A stretch of 40,880 nucleotides of DNA from Gemmatimonadota bacterium (lineage in GTDB: Bacteria > 4572-55 > J002): contig RFFQ01000034.1 of assembly GCA_003697105.1 (NCBI GenBank), positions 1-40,880 of the forward strand, in the 5' to 3' direction. Position 1 is the first letter of the stretch. The number at the start of each line of letters is the position of its first letter. Under the pieces are notes generated by a model. The model was not told where the DNA came from and did no database searches. It worked only from the letters and a program-made list of their open reading frames with translations. The position numbers and the translations under genes are program-made. Below are positions 1 to 9,547 of this stretch, in pieces.

Positions 1-2193
1 GGGATAATCCCCTTCAGGATAGATCAACTCCCATGTACTGCCGCCATCCACACTGATTTTGACATTGCCGCCATCCCATCCCTCATTGGTGGCGTACCAG
101 TGATAAAACGCCAACTGGTAAGGCGGTTGGGGCGCATTCAATTCATAGTCGATTGTGGTCAAACGATAATTGGCAAAAGGACGGTAACGCCCGTCTAAAT
201 CCGTGCCCCAACAATATTGCCCTTCGTAGGCGGTAGCGGGACCACCGCTCTCCTGCGGGATGCCCCATTCCCAAAGACCGGTGCCGCTCCAATTTCCATC
301 ATCTTCCTCAAAACTTTGGGCGAAAGTCAAGCTAAAATCCTGTGTAATCGTCTCTCCGGCGGGGATCACAATCTCCATGTCCTGCCGGACGTAGTTGGGC
401 GCATCACAGGTTAAATTGTAGGTATAATCGCCGGGGATATTGTCGATTTGGTAGAAGCCGTTGCCATCCGAAGTAACCAACGCAAACGGAACGTCGTCAT
501 ATTCTAAAAAGATAGTCGCATCCGCGATAAACAAACCCGTCTGGGCATCGGTAACCGTGCCTTGCAGTGCGCCGGTAGGACGCGGGGTTAACGTCAGGTC
601 AACGGTAATCTCTTCCTGATCTTCAATCGTGATCTCTTGACTTTCGGACTCATAATAACCAAACAAGCGACTATGGACAACATACGTGCCGGGCACCACA
701 TCGAGTACATATTCTCCGTTTTCGCCAGTCACGGTCTCAAAATGATCGCCTCCGGTAACCCACACTTGTGCGTTGGAGAGAGGCAATCCATCTTCAGCGG
801 TAATCGTACCGCGAATCACCGCGCTGGTAAAGCTCTGGACACCGGCAATCGCATTTGCCACGTTCAAGCGACCCCCGGTCACGGTGATGCCTTCCAACGC
901 CGGAATCACGTCAACGCCTTCCAACAGCCATTGCCGGAACAAGAGCGCAATTTCACCCGGATCGCTATGATATTGGCTGATGAGGGCGGAACTTGCCGCG
1001 CCGTACATCAGCCCAATCGACCCGCAGACATGCGGTGTTGCCATGGAGGTACCGGTCAAGGTACTATACCCGCCGCCGGGTACCGTCGATAAAATTTGAG
1101 TGCCCGGTGCACCCAAATCAATGGTGGTAGCCCCATACGCGGCGCCACTGTTACGCTGGTCATTACGGGTCGTATTGGTGACGGAAATCAGGTAATCACT
1201 GGGACATGCCGTGGGAACGTCGCCAGTTTCATCGATATTCCAATTGCGATTTGCCGTGGCACCGGCATTGAGCACCCCGATTTCCCCTAACTCATCATAA
1301 ATACCACACCAAAGGGGGTAATTATCCGGGTTACCGCCATCCACCCCAAACGAAGCGTTCGTTGCAACCACAAACGCCCCCATTTCACCGCCGGTTTCGT
1401 TATACGTTGCCCGGAGTTCTAAGATATAGCTATAAGCAGCAACCACAATCGATTCTTGTCCCGATGACCCTTGAACCGGCATGATCCGGGCATTCCAATT
1501 TACCCCCGTAACACCGAGTCCATTGTTTCCGCGGGCGGCGGCAGTACCAGCGACATGGGTTCCGTGGGTATCACTGGTAATATTGCCGCTGTTGTTGTAG
1601 GCATTCCAGCCATCAAAATCATCTACGTAACCGTTATCATCATCATCAATGCCGTTTCCGGGGATTTCGTGCCAGTTCTTCCAAAAGGGTAAATCGGAAT
1701 GATTGAGGTCAAAGCCCCCATCGACAATCGCGACGACAATGGTATCTCCTAAAGCGGTCATACCACCGGTGGTCGTATCCCATGCTTCCGGGGCATCAAT
1801 GTCGGCATCGGGCGTTCCCCCACTTTGCCCGGTATTGTGTAATCCCCACATCTCGCTAAACCGCGGGTCATTGGGGAACGTCTGGCGCAACACCACATTC
1901 GTGTGATTGAATTGGGCGACATGAACCAATCGATGTTGGCGAAGATCGGTTAGCACCTCGTCATCAGATAAAATATCCGTCTCATATTCCAGTAACCAGA
2001 TATTAAGCCGTTGGGATAACACCTGCTTCGGTTGTAACTGAATGGCGCTAAAATCGGTAAGAACAGTCTGTATGGATGCGCCCGGTGCTAAACGCACCAT
2101 GACATCACCCGGCACATAATCAATCGTCTGCGCCGGCAGATTAACTGCAATCATGAGGGTTATCCCCAGTATAAAAAACGTAAACTTCTGCAT
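1..2193 (-). CDS. Secreted S8 (subtilisin-like) serine peptidase with carboxypeptidase-regulatory-like repeats and a C-terminal beta-sandwich; runs off the left window edge
   Basis: Not in the ORF track because it has no stop in the window. Manual translation from ATG 2193 (RBS AGAGGAG) gives MQKFTFFILGITLMIAVNLPAQ (signal peptide), VAIVDGG (Asp), HGTHVAG (His), GTSMATPHV (Ser), then GTVTDAQTG repeats and WEWGIP...WDGGNVKISVDGG. The frame stays open to position 1. Confidence 0.93.
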   Translation of the reverse strand, partial: MQKFTFFILGITLMIAVNLPAQTIDYVPGDVMVRLAPGASIQTVLTDFSAIQLQPKQVLSQRLNIWLLEYETDILSDDEVLTDLRQHRLVHVAQFNHTNVVLRQTFPNDPRFSEMWGLHNTGQSGGTPDADIDAPEAWDTTTGGMTALGDTIVVAIVDGGFDLNHSDLPFWKNWHEIPGNGIDDDDNGYVDDFDGWNAYNNSGNITSDTHGTHVAGTAAARGNNGLGVTGVNWNARIMPVQGSSGQESIVVAAYSYILELRATYNETGGEMGAFVVATNASFGVDGGNPDNYPLWCGIYDELGEIGVLNAGATANRNWNIDETGDVPTACPSDYLISVTNTTRNDQRNSGAAYGATTIDLGAPGTQILSTVPGGGYSTLTGTSMATPHVCGSIGLMYGAASSALISQYHSDPGEIALLFRQWLLEGVDVIPALEGITVTGGRLNVANAIAGVQSFTSAVIRGTITAEDGLPLSNAQVWVTGGDHFETVTGENGEYVLDVVPGTYVVHSRLFGYYESESQEITIEDQEEITVDLTLTPRPTGALQGTVTDAQTGLFIADATIFLEYDDVPFALVTSDGNGFYQIDNIPGDYTYNLTCDAPNYVRQDMEIVIPAGETITQDFSLTFAQSFEEDDGNWSGTGLWEWGIPQESGGPATAYEGQYCWGTDLDGRYRPFANYRLTTIDYELNAPQPPYQLAFYHWYATNEGWDGGNVKISVDGGSTWELIYPEGDYP

Positions 2194-2358
2194 CAAAAAC
2201 TCCTCTCTTAAATGAGTCAAAATGGATTAAAACGGTATGGCTTACTCCGTGGGAACGAAAAACAGGCGACGTGATAATCCGTCCCTTGGGGGATCAAAAA
2301 TGAAATTGGGGAAATCAATTCGCAGTTGGGGGAAATTTTGGGGAATTTTAGTTGACAA

Positions 2359-2387
2359 AAAGTAATGGTTCACCGGAAAAAGATCAA
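2359..2387 (-). promoter_or_regulatory. Putative sigma70 promoter for the S8 peptidase at 1-2193
   Basis: Minus strand TTGATC-N17-TACTTT. Confidence 0.4.
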
Positions 2388-2396
2388 GCTTTAAAA

Positions 2397-4136
2397 CTAG
2401 CGGTTTTCTAGCCAAAATTCAAGGAAGGATTGTAAATCATGAAGCGACCGATCTGCATCTAAAGCCAACTGTTGCACATCTACAATGTTAAAAATACCAT
2501 CCTGATTGAGATCAAATGCCTGAAACCGCTCCAATAACGCCACTTCCACCGTGATTAACTGCCCATGTTGCACTTGAAAATCGGTTTGGTAGGACACATA
2601 ATCTGGGTAAGAAATTTCGAGATGGTAATCTCCCGCCAAAAGATACAGCGAAAAGTCACCTTCGGCGTTGGCAGTAGTTTCCACCGTTTGATCTCCCACG
2701 GCGCGTATCTGTGCTGGGAGGGGTAATCCAGTCGATTGGTCGGTCACCGTGCCTTGAATCTGGGAAAGTTCATCCTGTACCACATTCAAAAGGGCTTTAT
2801 GGATGTTCAAGCGTCCCCCCGTTACAGTAATACCTTGCAAAGCGGGAAGGGAGTCCACACCCGCCAGCAACCACTCTCGAAAAAGCAGTGCCGAAGCGCC
2901 CGGATTTGCATGATGTGCTTCAATTTGTTCGGGGGTTGCCGCGGCATACAAGAGTGCTACCGCACCGGCAACATGTGGCGTCGCCATGGAGGTACCGGTT
3001 TTATAGCCATACGAACTGCTGGAAACCGTCGATAAGATCGAGGTGCCCGGAGCGCCTAAATCGATAGTTGTTGCGCCGTAACCGGCACTGCCATAGCGCC
3101 CATCGGAGGAGGTGGTATTGGTTACAGAAATCAGGTAATTACTGGGGCAGGCGGTGGGTACATCCCCGTACACATCGATGTTGATGCCCCGATTCGCTGT
3201 AGCACCCGCACTAATGATCCCCAAGGTGCCCATGGTATCGTACAAAGCGCACCAAATCGGATAATCCTCTGGATCGCCGTAGTCCACTCCAAAAGAGGAA
3301 TTGGTGGACACCACAAATGCCCCTTCTTCTCCGTTGGTTTCGTTGTAGCGCGCTCGCATTTCGATCACGTACCCATACGCTTCGATCACCGTCGATTCAG
3401 AACGGGACGATCCCTGTACCGGCATAATTTGGGCATTCCAGTTGACGCCAGCCACACCGAGCGCATTGTTACTTCGCGCCGCCGCAATGCCACAGACATG
3501 TGTGCCATGACTATGCCCGTACAGCGAACCGGAGCTGGAATAAGCATTCCAACCATCGTAATCATCCACATAACCGTTATCATCATCATCAATACCGTTA
3601 CCGGGGATTTCGGCGTAATTTTTCCAGAAGTACAAATCGGGATGAGACAAATGAAACCCAGCATCAATCACCGCAATCACAATCGTATCTCCCAGAGCCG
3701 TTGTTCCGGTGTTCGTGGTTAAATCCCACGCTTCAGGGGCATCAATATCGTGATCATTGGCTTGGTGGAGTGCCCACTGCGAACCAAACCGGGGATCATC
3801 TGGGACGGTCTCCCGCAACGTTAAGTGATGGTTGAATTGCGCCTGTTTTACCGTCCGGTGCCGCCGGATATCCTGCAACACATCAGTCTCATCAAAAATG
3901 GAAGGGTCAAAGGTACACAACCAAATATTCAACCGTTTGGAAAGGGATTTTTCCCGCCGGAGTTGGACCAACCGAAAATCGGTTTCTAACTGATCAAGGC
4001 GCTGGTCCGCCGTGACCGGATCATCTCCCTCCAATTGAATCAATAATTGTCCGTTGTTTAGATTATCTTCGGCACTGGTAGCGATGGAACAAACCCCTAC
4101 CACAAAAATCAAGACCCAAAACAAGGGGTATTTCAT
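2397..4136 (-). CDS. Secreted S8 serine peptidase with carboxypeptidase-regulatory-like domain and dockerin/EF-hand-like C-terminus
   Basis: VIDAG, HGTHVCG, GTSMATPHVAG triad motifs. Signal peptide from ATG 4136 (MKYPLFWVLIFVVG). C-terminal DLNQDGIFNIVD. Confidence 0.93.
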   Translation of the reverse strand: MKYPLFWVLIFVVGVCSIATSAEDNLNNGQLLIQLEGDDPVTADQRLDQLETDFRLVQLRREKSLSKRLNIWLCTFDPSIFDETDVLQDIRRHRTVKQAQFNHHLTLRETVPDDPRFGSQWALHQANDHDIDAPEAWDLTTNTGTTALGDTIVIAVIDAGFHLSHPDLYFWKNYAEIPGNGIDDDDNGYVDDYDGWNAYSSSGSLYGHSHGTHVCGIAAARSNNALGVAGVNWNAQIMPVQGSSRSESTVIEAYGYVIEMRARYNETNGEEGAFVVSTNSSFGVDYGDPEDYPIWCALYDTMGTLGIISAGATANRGINIDVYGDVPTACPSNYLISVTNTTSSDGRYGSAGYGATTIDLGAPGTSILSTVSSSSYGYKTGTSMATPHVAGAVALLYAAATPEQIEAHHANPGASALLFREWLLAGVDSLPALQGITVTGGRLNIHKALLNVVQDELSQIQGTVTDQSTGLPLPAQIRAVGDQTVETTANAEGDFSLYLLAGDYHLEISYPDYVSYQTDFQVQHGQLITVEVALLERFQAFDLNQDGIFNIVDVQQLALDADRSLHDLQSFLEFWLENR

Positions 4137-4213
4137 GGAACGTAAACCTAGCAATTAGGCGGGTAAATTAAAGAGGCTATCCAGGGCTAATGTGGGGGAA
4201 ACGGCGGAAAAAA

Positions 4214-4849
4214 TCAAGGGTTTTGTTGGGTATGCCAATGCCATTCCAGCGGTTGGTTGTTCTGAGTAATCGCCGCCAGATGCCCATCCTGCGCCGAATG
4301 AGCAATCAGCCAGTGACGGTCGTAGTAGTCAATGCGAAGATGCGTCTCATCAAGAACCTCAATGATCCGGCACCGTTTGAGGTGGGCAATACCGATACCT
4401 ACCGCTTTCAGTGCCGCTTCTTTCGCTGTCCAATAGCGGAAAAAGATGTGCCAAAGGACATCATCCGGCATCGTGATTTCTCCGGCAAAGAGTGCCTCAA
4501 TCACAACCGGATCGATACCGGCGCACTGCCACTCTGGCGGGGTTGCCACATAAGCAAACAACCCCGCCGAACGGGGTTGAACCGCTTCAATATCAATACC
4601 GACGGGCTCCGCTGCCAGTACCGCCGCCGCATAGTGTGGCTTGTGAGTCAACGACCAATAAATGCCATCAAACGGGAGAGGCGCCTCGCGTTCGTCTTTT
4701 TGCAGGTCACCCAGACGAACCTGACAAAATTGGGCACATAAGTGTAAAGCGGATCGTGCCGCCCGGCGTTGGGCTTGTAATTTTACCGGACCAGTACGGC
4801 GATTGGTTTCTTGCACAACAGGCAAAATGACCGGATGGAGCGTCATCAA
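4214..4849 (-). CDS. 4'-phosphopantetheinyl transferase, Sfp type
   Basis: WSLTH, VGIDIE and WTAKEAALKAVGIG motifs. Confidence 0.9.
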   Translation of the reverse strand: MMTLHPVILPVVQETNRRTGPVKLQAQRRAARSALHLCAQFCQVRLGDLQKDEREAPLPFDGIYWSLTHKPHYAAAVLAAEPVGIDIEAVQPRSAGLFAYVATPPEWQCAGIDPVVIEALFAGEITMPDDVLWHIFFRYWTAKEAALKAVGIGIAHLKRCRIIEVLDETHLRIDYYDRHWLIAHSAQDGHLAAITQNNQPLEWHWHTQQNP

Positions 4850-5169
4850 TCCAACTTTTCAGCTTTCACCGGGTAAAAGGTCTCAATCATCCAGCAGTGC
4901 GATAGCGCTCTGCCTGAATGAGGCACGTTCGGCGGAATATGCGCTACACCCCCGGGTTCCAGCACCTGAGTTTCGTCCCCTACGGTCATCTCAAAACGAC
5001 CCTGCAATACCGTTGAAAATTGCTCGTGAACATGGCTGTGTTCTGGAAGTACCGCATTTGGCTCGATATCTAAATAGACCATCGATACATTTTCCCCATG
5101 AATAAATTTGATGCCATATCCCGCTAAAATATTCTTTTTTTCGACCGTATCCAGATGGTAAAATGCCAT
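4846..5169 (-). CDS. Cupin domain protein
   Basis: PEHSHVHEQ...G and IPPNVPHS cupin motifs. Likely start ATG 5169 (MAFYHL). 4-nt overlap with the PPTase. Confidence 0.88.
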   Translation of the reverse strand: MAFYHLDTVEKKNILAGYGIKFIHGENVSMVYLDIEPNAVLPEHSHVHEQFSTVLQGRFEMTVGDETQVLEPGGVAHIPPNVPHSGRALSHCWMIETFYPVKAEKLD

Positions 5170-5302
5170 AATGATCCCCTCTCTTTCCAAATTAAGGTCT
5201 AAATTCAAATTGATTGACCATTTAATCCATCACCTAATGTAACACAAACCTATCTGGCGGGCAAATTTTTTTTAAGTTAGGGATTAGGGGAACAAAAGCC
5301 GC

Positions 5303-5340
5303 AACTCCCCAACTCACGAACTCGTAAAACTCCCCAACTC
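5303..5340. repeat. Short degenerate tandem repeat (AACTC core, 8-9 nt period, 5 copies)
   Basis: aactcccc aactcacg aactcgta aaactcccc aactc, abutting the MATE stop codon. Confidence 0.6.
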
Positions 5341-6691
5341 ATTTCAGCTTAATTTCTTTCCATCTACCGCGCCGGAACCACAGCGCCATTGTACCGCCTT
5401 CAAAAATCATGGAGAGAGAGACGGCTCCCCAAATCCAGTCGATACTAAGATGAAACACATAGGCACAAATGAGTGCCGCCGGCAATTTCAAACCCCAGTT
5501 TGCGATCAACGAGATGACCATGGGAGGGCGCGTATCACCTGCACCGGTGAAACCTGCTTGACAGATGGCGCCGGGGGCGGTGAAAATCATCCCTAACCCG
5601 ACGATCAGGAGGTACGACGCCCCGATCCGGAGAACGTTCGCCTCCGTGGAAAAGATCATAATAGCGTATTTTCCACCGAAGCCGTAAAACAGGAAGAATA
5701 GCCCGGCAATCAGGGTTACCACCAATACCGATTTTTTCACGGCGCGTTCCGCCGATTCGGGTAACCCAGCTCCTAAACTTTGCCCGACCAACGCCGAACT
5801 TGCCACGATGAACCCACCCAAAAAGAGCCAGCAAAAGGAGAGTGCCCGCATCCCAAAGCCAAATGCCGCCAGCGCATCCGTACCATATAGGGCGACAATC
5901 TTAAAGGTGACATTGCCGGTGATTGGACGAGCCGTATTCTGAATGCCGGTAGGGAATCCAATCTTAATCAACAACCAAAACAAAGCCTTATCCAAGCGGG
6001 AATCTCGCAAGCGTGGCATGGGAATGGGTGAACGGGGGGTATAGAGGATGAACAGCAGAATACTCACCGAAATCAATTGGGCAATCACGGTTGCCAGTGC
6101 CGCCCCTTTGATACCCATTGCCGGAAAACCAAATTTACCAAACATGAGCAGGGGATCCAGGATCAAGTTGATCGCGTTGGCGAGCGCAAAAAGTTGCATC
6201 GGGCGTTGGGTGTCTCCGGCGGCTTGGAACGCGGCAGAAAGCACCATCCCCATGACCAGTACGGGCGTACCTAAAAACGTGATGTTGAGATAAAGCAAGG
6301 CATGGGCAGTAACATCAGGGGTTGTGCCGAACAGATCGAGTAATTCACGAACAAACGTTAATCCAGTAGTCCCCACCAGTAAGCCCATCACCAACGCTAA
6401 TATCAGCGAGTGAAACGCGGTCAAGCCCGCATCTAGCGGGCGGTCTTCGCCCATCCGGCGCGAAATGACCGCCGTAGTCCCTGCCGAAATCATACCCATT
6501 AGCGAAAAAAGCGTCCAAGTGAGACTACCACTAACCGCCGCGGCGGCGGCTTGCGAAGTGCCCAACATGGCGATAAACTTCATATCGACAACGGTGAAGG
6601 TGGTCTGCAACACCTGCCCTAAAATGACGGGCCACGCCAAGGACCAGATCGTACGGTAGGAAATATGGTGTAAATCCAGCTTTTTTGACAT
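5339..6691 (-). CDS. MATE family efflux transporter
   Basis: About 12 hydrophobic segments. GDTQRPM, NLILDPLLMFG...GIKGAALATVIAQ and GDTRPPM motifs. Confidence 0.93.
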   Translation of the reverse strand: MSKKLDLHHISYRTIWSLAWPVILGQVLQTTFTVVDMKFIAMLGTSQAAAAAVSGSLTWTLFSLMGMISAGTTAVISRRMGEDRPLDAGLTAFHSLILALVMGLLVGTTGLTFVRELLDLFGTTPDVTAHALLYLNITFLGTPVLVMGMVLSAAFQAAGDTQRPMQLFALANAINLILDPLLMFGKFGFPAMGIKGAALATVIAQLISVSILLFILYTPRSPIPMPRLRDSRLDKALFWLLIKIGFPTGIQNTARPITGNVTFKIVALYGTDALAAFGFGMRALSFCWLFLGGFIVASSALVGQSLGAGLPESAERAVKKSVLVVTLIAGLFFLFYGFGGKYAIMIFSTEANVLRIGASYLLIVGLGMIFTAPGAICQAGFTGAGDTRPPMVISLIANWGLKLPAALICAYVFHLSIDWIWGAVSLSMIFEGGTMALWFRRGRWKEIKLK

Positions 6692-6718
6692 TCACAGCTC
6701 TTTGTGGAAGACAAACAG

Positions 6719-6745
6719 TAAAAGGGACGTTTCGTAACGTCCCTT
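6719..6745 (-). terminator. Probable intrinsic terminator downstream of oligopeptidase B
   Basis: 10-bp stem AAGGGACGTT/AACGTCCCTT with a 4-nt loop and a short T run on the minus strand. Confidence 0.55.
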
Positions 6746-6794
6746 GCACTCTGAAAAGTAACAATCATGGATTTCCCGATAGGGCAAATTCCGG

Positions 6795-8849
6795 TTAAGC
6801 TGTAATGCCCAACCGATCCAGCAAAAAGCTAAAATCAAAGGCGGTTTCCTTGAGGCGTTCATAGCGCCCGGAGGCACCCCCGTGCCCGGCGTTGAGGTTG
6901 GTTTTGAGAAATAGCAGATTATCACTGGTTTTGAGGTCGCGCAGTTTCGCCACCCACTTGACCGGCTCCCAGTAATGCACCCGCGGGTCATTCAAACCGG
7001 TCGTTACTAACATCTCGGGGTAATCCTGCGCCACAACGTTATCATAAGGAGAGTAGGAACGGATGTAATCAAAATAGACCTTGTCATTGGGATTCCCCCA
7101 CTCCTCATATTCCCCCGTCGTGAGAGGAAGCGACGCATCCAACATGGTGTTGACCACATCCACAAAAGGCACTTTTGCCAGCACGACCCGAAACAAATCC
7201 GGGCGAAGATTGATCACTGCCCCCATCAACAAACCACCGGCACTGCCCCCCATAATCGCCAATTGAGCCGGATTCGTGTAGTTTTGGGCAATTAGATGCT
7301 CGGCACAATCAATAAAATCCGTAAACGTATTTTTTTTGTGCAAAAATCGACCGTTCTCGTGCCACTCTTCACCCAGTTCACCGCCACCCCGAACATGAGC
7401 AATTGCCCAGATCACCCCTCGATCTAGCAAGCTGAGCAGGTCCGAATTGAAGTACGGCTCCGACGAAATCCCATACGAACCATAGCCATAAAGGATCAAC
7501 GGATTTTTTCCGTTCAGGGTCATGCCTACCCGGTAAACCAATGAGATCGGGATTTCCGTACCGTCGCGCGCGGTGGCATAAATCCGCTCGGAACGATATT
7601 GGGAGGCATCGTAACCCCCGCGCACCTCATACTGCTTCAGGAGGGTGCGCTCCCCGGTATCCATATCAACCTCAAAAATGGAACGCGGTGTGACCAGCGA
7701 GGTGTACGCAAACCGCAATGTTGTTTTATCATACACTGAATTGCCTACCGGATAAACGGTGTACGTCGGTTCAGGGAGATCAAGATAAAAATCATCACCC
7801 TGTACCAACGAGATGATACGAATACGGATCAGCCCTTTTTCACGCTCCCACAAAACTAAATGCCGCTTGAAGACCATCACATCATCCAATTTTACAGCTT
7901 GCCGGTGGGGAATCACGTCCTGCCAGTGTTCCCGACCGGGGGCGTCCTCCGGTGTTTTCATCAGCCGATAATTTTTCGCATCCTCATTGGTGAGAATGTA
8001 AAATGTAGCCTCATGATGGAACAATTCATAACGCCGTCCCGTCCGGCGAGGCGCCACCAACATGAGTTCCTGATCCACCTGATCCGCGCCTAAAATCCGC
8101 ACTTCGGAGGTCAGCGCACTCTGAGAAATCAACTTAAAATATTTTTTGCTTCGGGTTTTTTGAAGATACAGACTGAAACATTCATCTGCTTCAAAATAGA
8201 TTTGCTGGTCCTGTGCTGGGTCATCCCCCAGAACATGCTGGTAAACCGCACAGGAACGCATCGCGTCATCCGAGACCGTGTACAATAAGGCTTGATTATC
8301 ATTGGTCCACTGGAGGTCTGTTTTAACGCCGGAAATCACATCGGGCAAAAGTTCTCCGGTCTGTAAGTTCTTGATATACAAGGTATAGTCTTCATAACCG
8401 GTGGTATCTAGCACATACGCCATCCAGCGATGATCGGGGCTAACCCCAATCTGCCCGACATGGCAGTAAGTATGCCCCTCCGCTAATTGGTTGACATCCA
8501 AAATGATCTCTTCATCTGCTTCCAGATGATCTTTTTTGCGGGCATAAATGGGATACTGGTAACCGGCTTCCGTTCGGGAGTAATAAAAATAGTCATCGAT
8601 CTGCTCCGGCACACTCACATCGGTTTCATTGATCCGGCTGACCATCTCCTGATAGAGTTTGCGGCACAGTGGCTTCAGATGATCCAGCATGGCATCCGTG
8701 TAGGCATTTTCTGCCCGGAGGTACTCCATAACTGCCGGGTTATCCTTATCCCGTAGCCAAAAGTAGGGGTCATCCCATGTTTCGCCATGAACGGTGACCG
8801 GATGGGGTATTTTTTGTGCCCTCGGCGGGTGCAGGATGAGGTCTGCCAT
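6795..8849 (-). CDS. ptrB: Oligopeptidase B (S9A family)
   Basis: DPYFWLRD N-terminus, LYGYGSYG, GGSAGG nucleophile, NDPRVHYWEPVKWVAKLR and AGHGGASGRY. Confidence 0.93.
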   Translation of the reverse strand: MADLILHPPRAQKIPHPVTVHGETWDDPYFWLRDKDNPAVMEYLRAENAYTDAMLDHLKPLCRKLYQEMVSRINETDVSVPEQIDDYFYYSRTEAGYQYPIYARKKDHLEADEEIILDVNQLAEGHTYCHVGQIGVSPDHRWMAYVLDTTGYEDYTLYIKNLQTGELLPDVISGVKTDLQWTNDNQALLYTVSDDAMRSCAVYQHVLGDDPAQDQQIYFEADECFSLYLQKTRSKKYFKLISQSALTSEVRILGADQVDQELMLVAPRRTGRRYELFHHEATFYILTNEDAKNYRLMKTPEDAPGREHWQDVIPHRQAVKLDDVMVFKRHLVLWEREKGLIRIRIISLVQGDDFYLDLPEPTYTVYPVGNSVYDKTTLRFAYTSLVTPRSIFEVDMDTGERTLLKQYEVRGGYDASQYRSERIYATARDGTEIPISLVYRVGMTLNGKNPLILYGYGSYGISSEPYFNSDLLSLLDRGVIWAIAHVRGGGELGEEWHENGRFLHKKNTFTDFIDCAEHLIAQNYTNPAQLAIMGGSAGGLLMGAVINLRPDLFRVVLAKVPFVDVVNTMLDASLPLTTGEYEEWGNPNDKVYFDYIRSYSPYDNVVAQDYPEMLVTTGLNDPRVHYWEPVKWVAKLRDLKTSDNLLFLKTNLNAGHGGASGRYERLKETAFDFSFLLDRLGITA

Positions 8850-9005
8850 GGGTGTACTCCTTTTTTCATGCCTGAAAGTGGGCTAAAAGCCGGAAAAGTG
8901 ACGTGCCACCTTCATAACGGAGGGGCAAATTGTCCTCTCATGAATTTATTGAAATACGTTGAAAGCCTATTATACACCAAAATAGATAAGAATCCAAGTC
9001 AAAAA

Positions 9006-9506
9006 TCAACGGTGGAGGCGCCGGTAGCCGGTGTAACCGATCAGTAACAACCCGGCAACCAGTATAAAAAAGAGATGAAGCGGAAAAAACGAGAAAAAGA
9101 CGATCCGAATCCGATTGAGAATCCAGGAGAGCACTAAAAACACACCCGCCAGCATTGCCAGCCCTTGCAAAGTCCGGTATGCCGGGATGGACTCCAAAGG
9201 CAATCGGCTTCGGGAAAGCCAGATCGAGGCAAGCATATAATAGGGAGGTGCTGCGAGGAGTAACAAATCCGCCTGATGAACAATCTTTACCCAACCGCCG
9301 GTATTCAGGGCATACGCCACATACCCGACCCAAAGGATCAGGCAGACCAGTGCCCCCGCCATGTTGGTGCTCAGTAAAAACGCCTCTTCCCGCCGCCCGG
9401 GGATAACCATACACAACCCCCATGCCACCCACGGCGCGGCATATAGGATCACCATCAGGGGAATTTTGTAGTTGAGAATGAAGATAAAAATATCAGCAAT
9501 CGTCAC
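9006..9506 (-). CDS. Hypothetical integral membrane protein (about 5 TM)
   Basis: 166 aa, several hydrophobic segments, GTG start 42 nt after the ECF gene. Confidence 0.75.
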   Translation of the reverse strand: MTIADIFIFILNYKIPLMVILYAAPWVAWGLCMVIPGRREEAFLLSTNMAGALVCLILWVGYVAYALNTGGWVKIVHQADLLLLAAPPYYMLASIWLSRSRLPLESIPAYRTLQGLAMLAGVFLVLSWILNRIRIVFFSFFPLHLFFILVAGLLLIGYTGYRRLHR

Positions 9507-9547
9507 GGGGAAAACCTCTCATCTGGGTCAAACCTTGAAAAATGAGA

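Noticed and set aside
217-1906. Several short plus-strand ORFs in the track
   Set aside because: They are antisense shadows of the minus-strand S8 peptidase (1-2193), which the track missed because its stop is outside the window
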